A DNA stretch of 64,000 nt from Chrysomallon squamiferum (taxonomy: Eukaryota > Animalia > Mollusca), in contig CM022679.1 in NCBI GenBank assembly GCA_012295275.1, forward strand, positions 1,860,001 to 1,924,000. The letters are read 5' to 3'. Position 1 is the first letter of the stretch. Each line of letters opens with the position of its first letter. A model generated the notes under the pieces. It did not search any database, was not told the origin of the DNA, and saw only the letters and a program-made list of their open reading frames with translations. The position numbers and the translations under genes were made by a program. Shown here one piece after another: positions 27,442 through 38,207 of this stretch.

Positions 27442-28576
27442 TATTATTTATCAGCCATGAAACTTAAATTAAACTAGTTATACATTAACAAAAACCTCAA
27501 ATTCTAAAAATTCTTTCATAATTGAGAAGGATAGAGCCTTCACTTTATAGTTAAAATTAATAATGGAGATTAAAAATAGACATATAAGACTTTAAAGTAA
27601 ATAAATAAATTCGTGTTTTACGGCCATCCCATCTAATGTTGCTAAGAAAACCTTTCTTTGCGTAAAGGAAACGTCTCCCATATAAGGAGTGTTAATCACA
27701 TCTGACAGTTCACGAGGCATTTTCAGTAGCAGGTGAATCTCAGAGATCTACGTTGCTATAGTAACGGGCAAATGGTGCTGTTACGTTCGAGGTGTTATCT
27801 GAACAGAACAGAGGTTCAGTGTATTAAATACTGTTGGCTCCGCGCATTGTAAAGTTTACTCTTAGATAATGTATGACGATGTTCATGTTACTCTAATATT
27901 TAAATATTTTACTGAGGTTTGTGATTAGCTCAAAAAGAAAAAGAAATTGTTATACAAAGCAAAATTAAATATAAATTAATAAATTAACAACAACAACAAC
28001 CAAAAATTATGGCTTTAACCAAATTATTTCTTTACATTTTTTTAAATAGGATTTTTGTTTTATTTTTCTTCTTGTTGTTTTGTATTTTTTCCTTTAATAT
28101 TATGCTGTTTATTGTTTTGTTTTTCAACTTTATTATTATTATTACTATTAGTTGTTGTTGCTGTTGTTGTGGTACTAGTAGTAGCAGCAGCAGTTGTTGT
28201 TGTTGTTGTAGCAGTAGTGGTGTCTTTAATTAATTATTTACCTTGCAACATGTATTGGTAGGCGTTGTCAGAAATGGAGAAAAGATGAGGTGGCATCTCC
28301 ACCCTTCTCTTTCCTCGGTACTTTTCTACGATTGACGCTGTGTAAATCGGAAGACGTCTGTATGGGTTGATTGCCACACAAAACAGACCAGAGTAAGTCT
28401 AGAAATAAACCGAAAATTACGTCTTTCGCAAATGTAATGACGTAAAGAACAATAAAATTATGGAATTATTTAACAGATAATATTATCACATAGTGTGGTA
28501 AAAATTACTACTAATTAACAGTTAAGCATGTAATGTGCTAATATACTGATAACTATTTGTGAATAAATATTACGTT

Positions 28577-28616
<40 letters not shown>

Positions 28617-30913
28617 TAATTATTTTGGAAATTGAAATACACAACATTGCTTTATCATATTATTCACAATACATTTTAATAATGTAAAATAAAGAAAGGA
28701 AAAATATTTTATTTGTAAAAGTATTTCTATTATTATAGAGAAACATATTTGAACACTAATAAAAGATAAGGTCACAACGACTTTCAGCTGATCGTGTGCC
28801 AAACTTGAAGAGTGAAAATGCGAAGAATGTCTAAATTTGAACACAGATTCACGTCACAGCAGACGGTGTTACGTTACTGTTTACTCTCGGGAGAAATTGG
28901 TAATTTACTGCTCTCAGAATGAGATAAGCATTACAAAGGCAACACCCTTCGCTCGATACACCCGTTATGTTTCTTTCCCGTTCCAGCCAGTATATTATAA
29001 GTGATGTATTACTGTTATGACCTGTCTATCGTAAAGTGCTTGTAAAATATCCAAACTGGTGACAGCGGGTTTCCACGCTTATAGAATCAATATCAGACAA
29101 TTAACACATAATAATTGTTAACATTAAAAATTCGTAGTGCTGAATTTAAACAAGGATTTATTCATCAAAAACAGTGTAGAGTTCCTGTAGAGGGGGAAAA
29201 AATGACTATTAAGTCAACTTAAAGGATCTTTATCTAAATGAAGTCAAAATTATTGGCATGTAGTAATAACTGATGAACAGACCTAATACAGGTCCCTTTC
29301 AGAAATTCTGCGAACAAGAATCAAAGGCAATTTTTGTCAATTCCTCCTTTTATTTGAAAGTTAATAAGTATTCAGTACATAATCCGTGTTGTTTTTCGCT
29401 AGCCCAATTTACTTTTATTTTTTTCTTTCCTTTTGCCATGTGTTGAACTGTGATGTAATATAAAAACACTGAGGTGTATTTAAACATCCATCATTATATT
29501 TCTTCTTTCCTGTTTTCAGAATTTATAAACGATAAAAATAATAATAATAATAATAAATAAAAATGCTGTTCCACTTTGTAATATATTTGGTCAGAATTTA
29601 ATGCCGTATTGATGTGATAAATCTTAGTGAGCAGAAGATAGGAAGAAACGTTTCACTATTTTAAGGAAAGTTCTAAGCGATTTTACATAGGAGTGACTGG
29701 CATTTTGTACACAGAGAGCCCATTTGTTTGAAAGAAATCGCTTCTGAGTCACTGGTATAATTATAGAGTAGTAGCAAATTTTAGGATATACACGCGATAA
29801 AAAGAAAACCGTCATTTGCACATATTTACACACTCTCATGGAGAGTCTTGCATATTTCACTAGACACGAATTTGTGTTTTCAGAAATAACACATTTCAGT
29901 TGTAAATAAGATTACTTACATAAATAATCCCAACTTCGTATCTGGATTTCAAGTTGTACAAGATGGAAGCCTCGTTCAAGTAGGTCAAGTTGGCCATGTC
30001 CTCAATTTTGTCGAATTTTGGTGGATTCATCTGATCCACGTTATCCTTCTTAATCGTTAGTGTCTGAAAAAGCACGAATTAATAATAATAAGAAGGACCA
30101 CAGAAGTAGTGTTTTGAGTGTAGTTGTAGGTAGTTAGTTGTAACAGAAGTAGCTGTAGTAGTAGAAGTAGCGGTAGTAATATTAAACGTTATTAAAGTAG
30201 TAATGGTAATGCCTATAGTAGCAGTTATTAGTAGTAGTATTAGTGGCATTAGTAATAAGGTTGTGTGGTATTCATAGTAATAATAATTACATCATTAGAA
30301 GTTGTAGTACATAGTGTTTCTATAATACATTTTAAAACGTATATGTTTTTCATGACGACAGTCAAGAATTATCTGTTAATAACTAATGAAATAATCGAAC
30401 TCAAAATTCTATTCTGAAGAATATTTAATTATTAGTTCATTATAAAGTACGTGTATTCAGAATTGGAAATGAGTATCAAGTAAATGGTGGGACAGTATAC
30501 TGAACAATGTGTGTATATCTATGTGTTTGTGTTTGTGTGTGTGTTTCTGTGTCTGTGTGTGTGTGTGTGTGTGTGTGTAAATATATGCGTGTGTATATAT
30601 TTATATTTGCCTTTATTATAGATAGTATTTAGTATTTACTTTTATTTCTTTCTTTTTTAAAATTTTCATAATTTATTATTTTAATTTTTTTACTTATACT
30701 GAAAATAAATAAAAATCTTACATCTCCTTTTGATGTTTTCACTGTCACTTCTTCACCTTTCGTGCTGATGATTTCAGCCGCCACGAAGCCATCTTTTTCG
30801 TCTGGAACCCAACAGGCTTTTTTGCTGTCAAAAGACTGGGTCTGTTCCTTCATCATCTTCTTCCTGTCCACAGCCAGGTACTGAAAATCGGGGTCGTTCG
30901 GGTCGTAAGACAT
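125..30913 (-). CDS. Mhc: Muscle myosin II heavy chain gene, multi-exon, 3' part of the rod lies beyond the window start
   Basis: Spliced exons give canonical myosin II motifs in order: [32 protein letters not shown]-loop GESGAGKT, switch I NNNSSRFG, switch II DIAGFE, relay [24 protein letters not shown]1 [27 protein letters not shown], hook [14 protein letters not shown], then coiled coil. All introns are GT-AG with matching phases. Confidence 0.98.
352..1500. repeat. Minisatellite of ~20 copies, mostly 54-55 bp; the unit spans the Mhc 3' splice site plus ~26 nt of exon
   Basis: Unit acttagttcagtcctctgcttctctacctgttagcaaattatttacttgtttata starts at 352, 407, 462...; the first copy overlaps the exon. 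Confidence 0.95.
1500..2165. repeat. Degenerate ~22-27-bp AT-rich minisatellite (ttataaataatttagtttagttgtgtt)
   Basis: Motif repeated directly adjacent to the 55-bp array. Confidence 0.85.
3189..3245 (-). CDS. Mhc: Mhc rod exon shared with catchin ([19 protein letters not shown])
   Basis: 57 nt, ttgcag acceptor, gtgagt donor. Confidence 0.95.
4700..5308 (-). CDS. Catchin/myorod-specific alternative first exon (203-aa non-helical Pro/Ser/Lys-rich N-terminus) spliced to the myosin rod
   Basis: ATG-initiated ORF inside the 7.5-kb intron; ends LKNLLE|gtaacg in phase 0, compatible with the next exon ARIEELEEE; same position and character as the established molluscan catchin exon. Confidence 0.88.
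5430..5475 (-). promoter_or_regulatory. Candidate internal catchin promoter: TATAAA (5469-5464) within palindrome CGGTTTATAAACCG, Inr-like CAGT near 5440
   Basis: TATA ~160 nt upstream of the ATG at 5308 and ~25-30 nt upstream of an Inr-like motif. Confidence 0.55.
7493..7502. promoter_or_regulatory. MEF2 consensus site CTAAAAATAG, ~2 kb upstream of the catchin exon
   Basis: Perfect match, but weak evidence on its own in AT-rich DNA. Confidence 0.3.
10738..10828 (-). CDS. Mhc: Mhc rod exon ([30 protein letters not shown]), last exon before the catchin-containing intron
   Basis: Manual translation; ends in phase 0. Confidence 0.94.
11113..11934 (-). CDS. Mhc: Mhc second IQ, hook and S2 coiled-coil exon
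   Basis: ORF 11109..11957; [27 protein letters not shown] then heptad repeats. Confidence 0.97.
12503..12760 (-). CDS. Mhc: Mhc converter and first IQ exon
   Basis: ORF 12490..12786: [16 protein letters not shown]...[11 protein letters not shown]...[12 protein letters not shown]. Confidence 0.96.
13255..13372 (-). CDS. Mhc: Mhc SH1-helix exon ([39 protein letters not shown])
   Basis: Manual translation; conserved motif. Confidence 0.96.
13794..13881 (-). CDS. Mhc: Mhc exon ([30 protein letters not shown])
   Basis: Manual translation; AG/GT boundaries. Confidence 0.95.
14710..14771 (-). CDS. Mhc: Mhc loop-2 mutually exclusive exon, variant B ([21 protein letters not shown])
   Basis: 62 nt, phase 1/0, ttttaccag acceptor; canonical KKKS.AFQTIS..H. 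Confidence 0.9.
15552..15622 (-). CDS. Mhc: Mhc loop-2 mutually exclusive exon, variant A ([24 protein letters not shown])
   Basis: 71 nt, phase 1/0, ctgtag acceptor, gtacga donor; homologous to 14710-14771. Confidence 0.85.
16128..16248 (-). CDS. Mhc: Mhc exon ([40 protein letters not shown])
   Basis: Manual translation; ends in phase 1 at gtcagt. Confidence 0.95.
16877..17056 (-). CDS. Mhc: Mhc exon ([22 protein letters not shown]...[10 protein letters not shown])
   Basis: ORF 16847..17053; AG/GT boundaries. Confidence 0.95.
17034..17300. repeat. Degenerate ~70-bp tandem duplication of the acceptor junction of exon 16877-17056
   Basis: agaattgacagcagtcccataggctgaaacagtcat recurs as agaattaacagcaatcccatagtctgaaatagtcat (~17196), with partial copies at ~17142 and ~17266. 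Confidence 0.8.
17624..17693. repeat. (TACA)n microsatellite
   Basis: Visible directly. Confidence 0.9.
17756..17926 (-). CDS. Mhc: Mhc relay exon ([25 protein letters not shown]...DLIEK)
   Basis: ORF 17720..17956; 171 nt, gtaag donor. Confidence 0.96.
18276..18544 (-). CDS. Mhc: Mhc exon containing switch II ([10 protein letters not shown]...[14 protein letters not shown])
   Basis: ORF 18201..18560; DIAGFE motif. Confidence 0.96.
19131..19269 (-). CDS. Mhc: Mhc exon ([46 protein letters not shown])
   Basis: Manual translation; AG/GT boundaries. Confidence 0.95.
19235..19470. repeat. ~90-bp tandem duplication (3 junction copies) of the acceptor and start of exon 19131-19269
   Basis: gaaacccaacacatca.aggcaaccta at 19246, 19336 and 19425. 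Confidence 0.9.
19757..19860 (-). CDS. Mhc: Mhc exon ([35 protein letters not shown])
   Basis: Within ORF 19742..20008; cag acceptor, gtatgt donor. Confidence 0.94.
20324..20422 (-). CDS. Mhc: Mhc exon ([33 protein letters not shown])
   Basis: Manual translation; conserved LLEKSRV and ERNYHIFYQ. Confidence 0.95.
20881..20944 (-). CDS. Mhc: Mhc exon ([21 protein letters not shown])
   Basis: Manual translation; tag acceptor, gtaagt donor. Confidence 0.95.
21813..21908 (-). CDS. Mhc: Mhc mutually exclusive exon, variant C ([32 protein letters not shown])
   Basis: 96 nt, phase 0/0, cccag acceptor, gtaagt donor; manual translation. Confidence 0.92.
24017..24109 (-). CDS. Mhc: Mhc mutually exclusive exon, variant B ([31 protein letters not shown])
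   Basis: 93 nt, phase 0/0, ctcag acceptor, gtaagt donor; manual translation. Confidence 0.93.
24589..24699 (-). CDS. Mhc: Mhc mutually exclusive exon, variant A ([37 protein letters not shown])
   Basis: 111 nt, phase 0/0, cag acceptor, gtaagt donor; ORF track 24505..24708. Confidence 0.93.
26051..26162 (-). CDS. Mhc: Mhc P-loop and loop-1 exon ([37 protein letters not shown])
   Basis: Walker A motif; AG/GT boundaries. Confidence 0.96.
26751..26778 (-). CDS. Mhc: Mhc 28-nt micro-exon ([10 protein letters not shown])
   Basis: tttcag acceptor, gtgagt donor; restores frame into the P-loop exon. Confidence 0.93.
27678..27687. promoter_or_regulatory. CArG box CCATATAAGG in a GC-richer island of an Mhc intron
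   Basis: Perfect CC(A/T)6GG SRF consensus inside a muscle gene. Confidence 0.45.
28242..28398 (-). CDS. Mhc: Mhc exon ([19 protein letters not shown]...[17 protein letters not shown])
   Basis: Manual translation; AG/GT boundaries, 157 nt. Confidence 0.95.
28970..29160 (+). mobile_element. Degenerate dispersed repeat (possible SINE-like fragment); related pieces at ~51360-51450 and ~63790-63880, possibly ~31560-31750
   Basis: Shared ttccagccagt/ttccagtcagc core at 28981, 63797 and 51370; similarity judged by eye only. Confidence 0.3.
29920..30063 (-). CDS. Mhc: Mhc exon ([48 protein letters not shown])
   Basis: Manual translation; ttcag acceptor, gtaagt donor, 144 nt. Confidence 0.95.
30722..30913 (-). 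CDS. Mhc: Mhc first coding exon (SH3-like N-terminus); exon extends as 5' UTR to ~31021
   Basis: [64 protein letters not shown] then gtaag; upstream acceptor tttttcag at 31022-31023. Confidence 0.95.
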
Positions 30914-31045
30914 CTTGAACGTTTATTTTTGGATCTGTCCCGTGGAGGGGTCAAATGTCACCGCGAACAAAGTGCACAAGAGAATCAGTCTAATGCAGGA
31001 GAGAACAACTCGGACGAAGAGCTGAAAAATATAAATTATTATTTT

Positions 31046-31121
<76 letters not shown>

Positions 31122-34100
31122 CTATTACTATTACTACAAGTTTTTCCCGACGAGCGCGGGTGTTGTCCTCACCAGACCGGTACTGTTCTTTCAAGCTGCG
31201 TGGCGTTCATTCACTCGCCGCATTGTTTACGTGTCGAGTCGCAACAGTTGTGTATCGTCAATTTTTTTTTTTTTTTTTTTATGGTTTTGGTTTTAATTTT
31301 TTAATGTTTATGCCTAATTATTTGCATATTTAGATACCTTGGTACCAGAAAACCGGGTAATCCAGAAATCCGGAATGCCTCAGGCCACAATGAGTCCGGA
31401 TAATTGGTCCGGTACCTGTACTACTACTACTATCCTTTATTTATTGCTTCATACCATTAATTGTATCAATTATTCATGCACAATTTTTGTAATCCCTTAA
31501 CATGCTTTTTTATCTATTTATCTGTCTACTGGTATATCTTCTAATAAACGAACGACTTGGTTTAACAAAAGCTGTCTACAGGAAGGCACAAATAAAAAGT
31601 TTCTTGCTGCTAATCGAAAAAACCCACTGATACAGTGATGGCGAATTTCCTCTCTTCTGAGTTTCCTTTTTCATTATCTGTACTACTACAATGTCGCTAC
31701 ACAGATAAAAAAAAAAAAAAAGCGTTGAGTGATTAGATAAATAAAATATGTCTCATGTTTGTTAGGTAATATTGTGATTGGTTGCAGTGATGGTAGCAGC
31801 AACCGCAATTTCGTTGTAGTAGCAGTAGTAGCAATAGTTAATAAAAGTTGTTGTTTTTTAGGAGATAACGGTCGTTTTCGGAAATACAGAAACGTTATTA
31901 ATCTGAGCCGTCATCATCTAAATATCCTTTGAATTTAACAAAAGGATTTGTTAGTTTTAATTACAGGATTTGATTAAGCACAATCACTATAATCCGAATA
32001 AAAGCTTTTTTCTTCAATGTTGTCTTTGTATTTCCTTTTAAGTAATCACGTTTGATATTAGAATGTATTTCTTCCACTTCTCAAGTTCTAGTATACATCA
32101 GATGACACGAACTAACAACCTACATACATTTTTTAAACTTCCAAGTTACTGTTTAATTTATACCTTGCTTAACTGTATTTGTACCTATATGTTTTGTATG
32201 CTTTCTAGTGATTTTATCTGTCTGTCTGTCTGTCTATATATCTATCTATATACCTATATTTTGGATAAGACTAAAATTTCTTTAATGTATAATAATATTT
32301 AATTATTTATATTTTCGTGTGTTTCTCTTTAATAACCAGCAATAATAACGAGAGAAATAAAATATTTACTTTAATTATACAACATACCTCATTTAATAAG
32401 ATTGTAATAAGAATATCATTTTTAAACATTTAAATATTTCTTTTCCACAGAAGATAAACATGTTTTCAGTGTATTTGTTTATTTATAATATTTAATACGC
32501 AAAAAATTCTATATATCTTATCAACAAAACAGTTTAATAAGTACTCATATTTTGTTATCTAAACAACAGCTTACTGACTTTAATATTAGTTTGTTTCCAT
32601 GAATATGCAGTTAAACAAGATAGATTTTAATAATTTATTGTTCTGTCCACATGATCTAATCATCAAAATAAATAATAATTAATATAAACATTCCAGTATT
32701 TTACTGTTTTTTCGCAAATTATTGATGTTTCTCTCTCAAAGCTTAGAAAAATTAATACTGGCTGGTTAGATGGATATTCTGTTTTTGTAATAGTTTATAA
32801 AATTTAATAAAAATAAAAATAACAATTTTATATCCGCTATTGATTAAAAATAATAAGTATGAAAGAGAAAACAAAGAAAAAAATGTTCACGAAGTATTTA
32901 ACTCGTAATTAATTGTCTGTGATGTCACTAGGACTGTATTCTACACATTCGTTTTTGAATCATTAAATACGAAAACTGTTAATTTGTATTTATTTATTTG
33001 CTTTCCTCCTTCTTTGTTTTCTTTCATTTTATTTACTATTTATTTTATTTTATTTCTTGATTTCTTTGAAATACCTTATTTTATTTATTTATTAACTTTT
33101 TTTTTTTTTTTTTTTACTTTTAATTTACTTTGTTTCATTTTATTTCATTATTTAATTACTGAAATTCTTTTCTTTGAAAATTATTTAATAAATTATTTAG
33201 TATCCTACATCACTACAGATGCATGCTAGAACTCTTTTTAAAAAGTTTTTATTATTACGGTTGTTGTTGTTGTTGTTGTTGTTAAGGAGCCGAAGACGAT
33301 GTCGAAGATTATATATTCTGTAAAGGATTAATTTCAAATATCATAAAGCCAGAAATAGGTTTCGTCTGCAGACTTATCTTTCCGACAGCTGCAGTATCAA
33401 CGAACTCATTTCAAAATACTCAGCAAAATAAGGTTATAATAATAATAATAATAATAATTTAAAACGTACTGTTTGTATTAGTATGTGTAGTGTTTTTTTT
33501 TTTTCTTTCTTTCTTTCTTTTTTTTTTTTTTTTTTTTTTTTGTTTTGGGGTTGTTGGGGTTTTTTTTTTGTTTTTTTGTTGTTGTTTTTTGGTTCTTTGT
33601 TGTTGTTTTTTTCCCGCTTTATCATTTATTTTATTTTATTTTATTTGTTGCATTCTGCTTGTACCTGTACATTCGTGTTTGTTTAACCTTGTTTTGTTTT
33701 GATTTGTGACAATATTAATTATACTGTAGATAAACTTGAATCTTAAAAGATTATATTACAATTTATCATGCCAAAATTGTTGTTTTTTGTATATTTAGTG
33801 TATTTCATTCTGTTTTTTTTAATTCATTTTTGAATTTTGTTTATTTTCTCCCACCTCCGACAGACAAAATTAACGTATAAAAAATATGGAAGCCAATTGG
33901 GGATGCTACAAGCTGGGATATTTATCACGGCACTCGGCTATCTTCGTGGTAATCCGAGAACTGAGCAGTAATAATCTACACACACAGAATAACGGTCCTC
34001 ATTATCAGCAAGCGAATGTCAGTGAATGACCTTCACGCGAACACAGGTATAATCCAGTGCGTTTCTGCACTCCGTCTGTCGTCATCTGGTGGGCGTGGTT

Positions 34101-35040
34101 ATTATCAAATCCATAGCGTTTGGCATACGCTTCAATGAAAAAATCACACAACACGCCAAATATATACTTTTTTCTGTTTCATTTAAAAAAAAAAAAAAAA
34201 AATGTTTGCAGGGCTGGAAAATTCCATATTTTCATAGCACATGTTTATATATATAAACAGATAGATAGATAGATAGATAGATAGACAGATAGATATTAAC
34301 AACCCTGCTTTTGATCAAGCATAATTGTTTTAGATCACACAAACGTGGGTTAGCATCAACAATTTAAGAAAGATAATAATAATGAAAAAAAAAAATAATA
34401 ATAATAATAAAACAATAATAATAATAATAATAATAGAAGTTCATCACACACTAGAAAAAGCTATAAAATCTCTATAGAAATGTAAAAAAAAAAAAAAAAA
34501 AAAAAAAATCTATACACTCGCAAACCAACTTCAATACTCACGTTTAAAAGCTGTTCTGTGCTGCAACTAGCTGTTTGTTGCAAATTTATACGGAAAACTT
34601 AACCACAGCGATGCACTGTAACAAACCGTTCATTATTGGATCAACGGTAATGTATTCACCAATAGAAAGCAGCGTAACAAAAACGCGTATGACGTTCGAA
34701 GTTAGGAGAGCTTGAAGATACTGGTATTCGTCATTGGAACTGATATCAGAACATCTTGAAACATCCAGACTCGATAGAGCATAAAAAGAGAAGAGTTGGA
34801 CGAAATTGTGCATACTAAAAAATATTTTGTTTCCTCAATATTTTGTAATAATCATTAGAAATATAAAAGTTTACAAAGCAAGTTCTTAACAGCAAAATTC
34901 TCTAGGGAGAACAGATGTTCTTAAAGATTTTTTTCATTTCTTTTCTTCTGGAAACAGACTTTAAAGTAGGCCAAATGCCAAGTTTAATTTTGTGCATTGT
35001 TTAGGATTACTGAGATAGCTTAAATTTTAATTAATTAATT

Positions 35041-35106
<66 letters not shown>

Positions 35107-35286
35107 TTTTATTATTACTTTTTTATTTATTTATTGTTGTTGTTATTATTATTTAATTTTTATAAATGATTTAAATGATGAGCTAATTTTGTTTTTATTT
35201 TGATAATATTAATTAGCTTAATTGTATTAATGTAAAAAAAAAGGAAGTTAGTAAACATGCTATATATATATATATATATTTAAATA

Positions 35287-35332
<46 letters not shown>

Positions 35333-35938
35333 GTATATATATAATCAATAACGACACTAATGTTATACTAACCAGTATAATTTCTGGTAAATATAAACAT
35401 CAGCACAGAACAAGGATCTTAGTCAAAAATACGTTACGAGTGTCTAGTTAGCAGTACTTTCCTCTTTCGTAAAGTTAACAAGTTGATCCGTCGCTAAATC
35501 CTTTCTTGTCAGAAAATCTAATACCAGGATTAGCTCCAGCTTGTAAAGTATTTCCATAACTTTTAAGCGTTTAGTGTTTTAGCCCGTTAATGCCATGTTG
35601 ATTTATTCGTCGAAACGTTATTCGGTTAGACGTAAAAAATACCTCCCAATTTGTGCTTTGTTCCATAAGTTTATTTTAGGTAGTTTGCTTATTTCAGTTA
35701 GAAAATTCTATTAGAAATATTTAAACTATTTCTTTTCACAGACTGTGCATGTGTTTATTTATTTTGACGTTATGAAACAGATGTGATAATTGAAATCAGT
35801 CGACTGTTTTAATTTAGACTGTTTTTCTTATCTGAATGAGCAACAAATAGAATTTAGTAAACAAGCTGATTAAATTTATAAGAGTACAACATGTTAAAAA
35901 CAGTAAGTTAGACTTAAATTAAACTGAGGAGACTAATT

Positions 35939-36067
<129 letters not shown>

Positions 36068-36299
36068 ATTATGGCCTTAACAGATATTGTTAAGTGCATG
36101 CTGCTTAACTTTGAACGAAATAGAAATGGAAATAAATATAGCTTTTTTTTTAATTTTGTAACAATATCATACGAGCGCTGCTTAAATATTTTAAATTGTA
36201 TATATTATGTCATACTTGCACATATGTAATAATAAAACTATTTTTAAGTACATTTCATTAACTGATTTTTTCAAATGTTTTTGGAAATGATTGTACTGA

Positions 36300-36780
36300 C
36301 ATTCAGTACACCTGTTTAGACGCACCTATCTCTGTGAAGGTGGAAACGTTGTTAACGTTTATATAAGTGTACGTCTAACGTTTCGGACTCCGGAGATAAA
36401 ACAGAATTCGTGCGGTGCGCCAACGTACATCACAGACCAGCTGTAGTTGCCATGGAAACAACACAGATATAACTCGGTGGTGCACTCCGACTTTCACCTA
36501 CAATGATGGTATCATGTGTCTTCCATTCTAACCGAGATGAATGCGGCGGATCTAGACTTGTGGCTGCACGCGCCATCACCTCCATATATGGTATGCAACC
36601 ATTACAGAAGAATATTTGACATGTGTTTACAAGGCATCCCTCCTGTATTCCTGCTTTAACCCAAATCTTTTGTTCTGTTGCGCCCTTAGACCGCCCCCTC
36701 CATACTGACACACTCACTGACTTATGTTTTTCTGTAAGTCCTCTCTGAAATGTAAATCATTTTAAAAACTCACCGAATCA
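36300..36780 (-). promoter_or_regulatory. Candidate Mhc promoter/enhancer island
   Basis: CArG CCATATATGG 36582-36591, GC box ccgccc 36691, E-box cagctg 36438, minus-strand TATATAAA ~36365-36358; GC- and CpG-richer than its flanks. Confidence 0.4.
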
Positions 36781-37163
36781 GGAAAACAGTTTTCTGCTCA
36801 ATTAGTTCACGTGAATTTGCTGTGTAATTATCTCTCTGGAAATTATCTGCTTATTAGCCATTTGACTCATACCTGAAGACTGACTACCTGCACCGCAAAT
36901 AAAACGATTTACCAAACAAATTATCTCTCATTAAGAGATTATTTTACTTTTTGTATTACTTAACGCTAACATAAAGAAGCCATTTCCTCTTTATTTGACT
37001 GTCAGATTTCAATCAATGCAACAAACCTCTGATTAAAACAGTATGTCTGTAATTTAGATCTTTATTAAATAGACAGTAATTACATCAGTAACTTGATTTA
37101 AATAATGTTTTGTTTATTTCTGTAATAGTTTGCAAAGGTATCCGGAACTGACTATTGCATTTG

Positions 37164-37213
<50 letters not shown>

Positions 37214-38137
37214 AAGTATAGTCTCTGTTTTTGCTTGCTTGCCTGCACATAAATACAATTTGAAAGTTACAGTTAAGAATGAATGTCTAATCACATGTAC
37301 AAATATATGGACATCTATGAACAGATAGCTATAGATAAACAGACAGCTACGTAAGCAGTTAGAACGAGAACTAATTAAGCAGGTCTGCATGTGCACAGGT
37401 ACTGATACAAATGGCAAAATTCATCTAATATAATCTGCATCTTTTTAGATAACAAATCTGAGACGAATCAGTTATCATCAGTACAACAACGTCTGAGCTA
37501 ATTCCCGATCCAGCGTACACCTCGAAATTCGTGTATCAAAAGCCGTGGAATTTGCTTCCATCTCTGTGATTAAACTTGTTGTTAAGTATCTGGTCTGACA
37601 TACAGACATCACACAGAAACGTCTAATAACTAGTTTGTGCAAACCTTTTTTCTTCCATAGTTCACTCCATTATCAAAAAAGAATATATTTATTCATTATT
37701 TATCATCACTGTTATTATCATCATCATCATCATTACTCTCGTCATCATAATCATTACTATCATTATTATCATCATTTGTTCATTTATTTATTATTTACTT
37801 ACATACCTGTAAAACGATGAATATCTGTTTAAAATAACAAAAACACACAAAAAAAAAAAAAGTTCTGATGATAATCTGAATTTGAGAAATCACAGATAAT
37901 CTTTCTCTGAATCTTCACACATCTTCACAAGAAATGGTTTGGATTGAAGCCAAGATGGCCGCATTCCATGCAAAGTGACTGGCCAGCAGATATTTCTATC
38001 TGTGATGCTCGTAACACTTGGGAGGAATGTAATATCGGCAGGTGGCATTTGAATGTTCTCTGCGCGATTTGAGCACGATATCGAAAGACAGAACAGAAAT
38101 AAACACAACAAATAAAATAAAGATAAATACCTGGATG

Positions 38138-38207
<70 letters not shown>

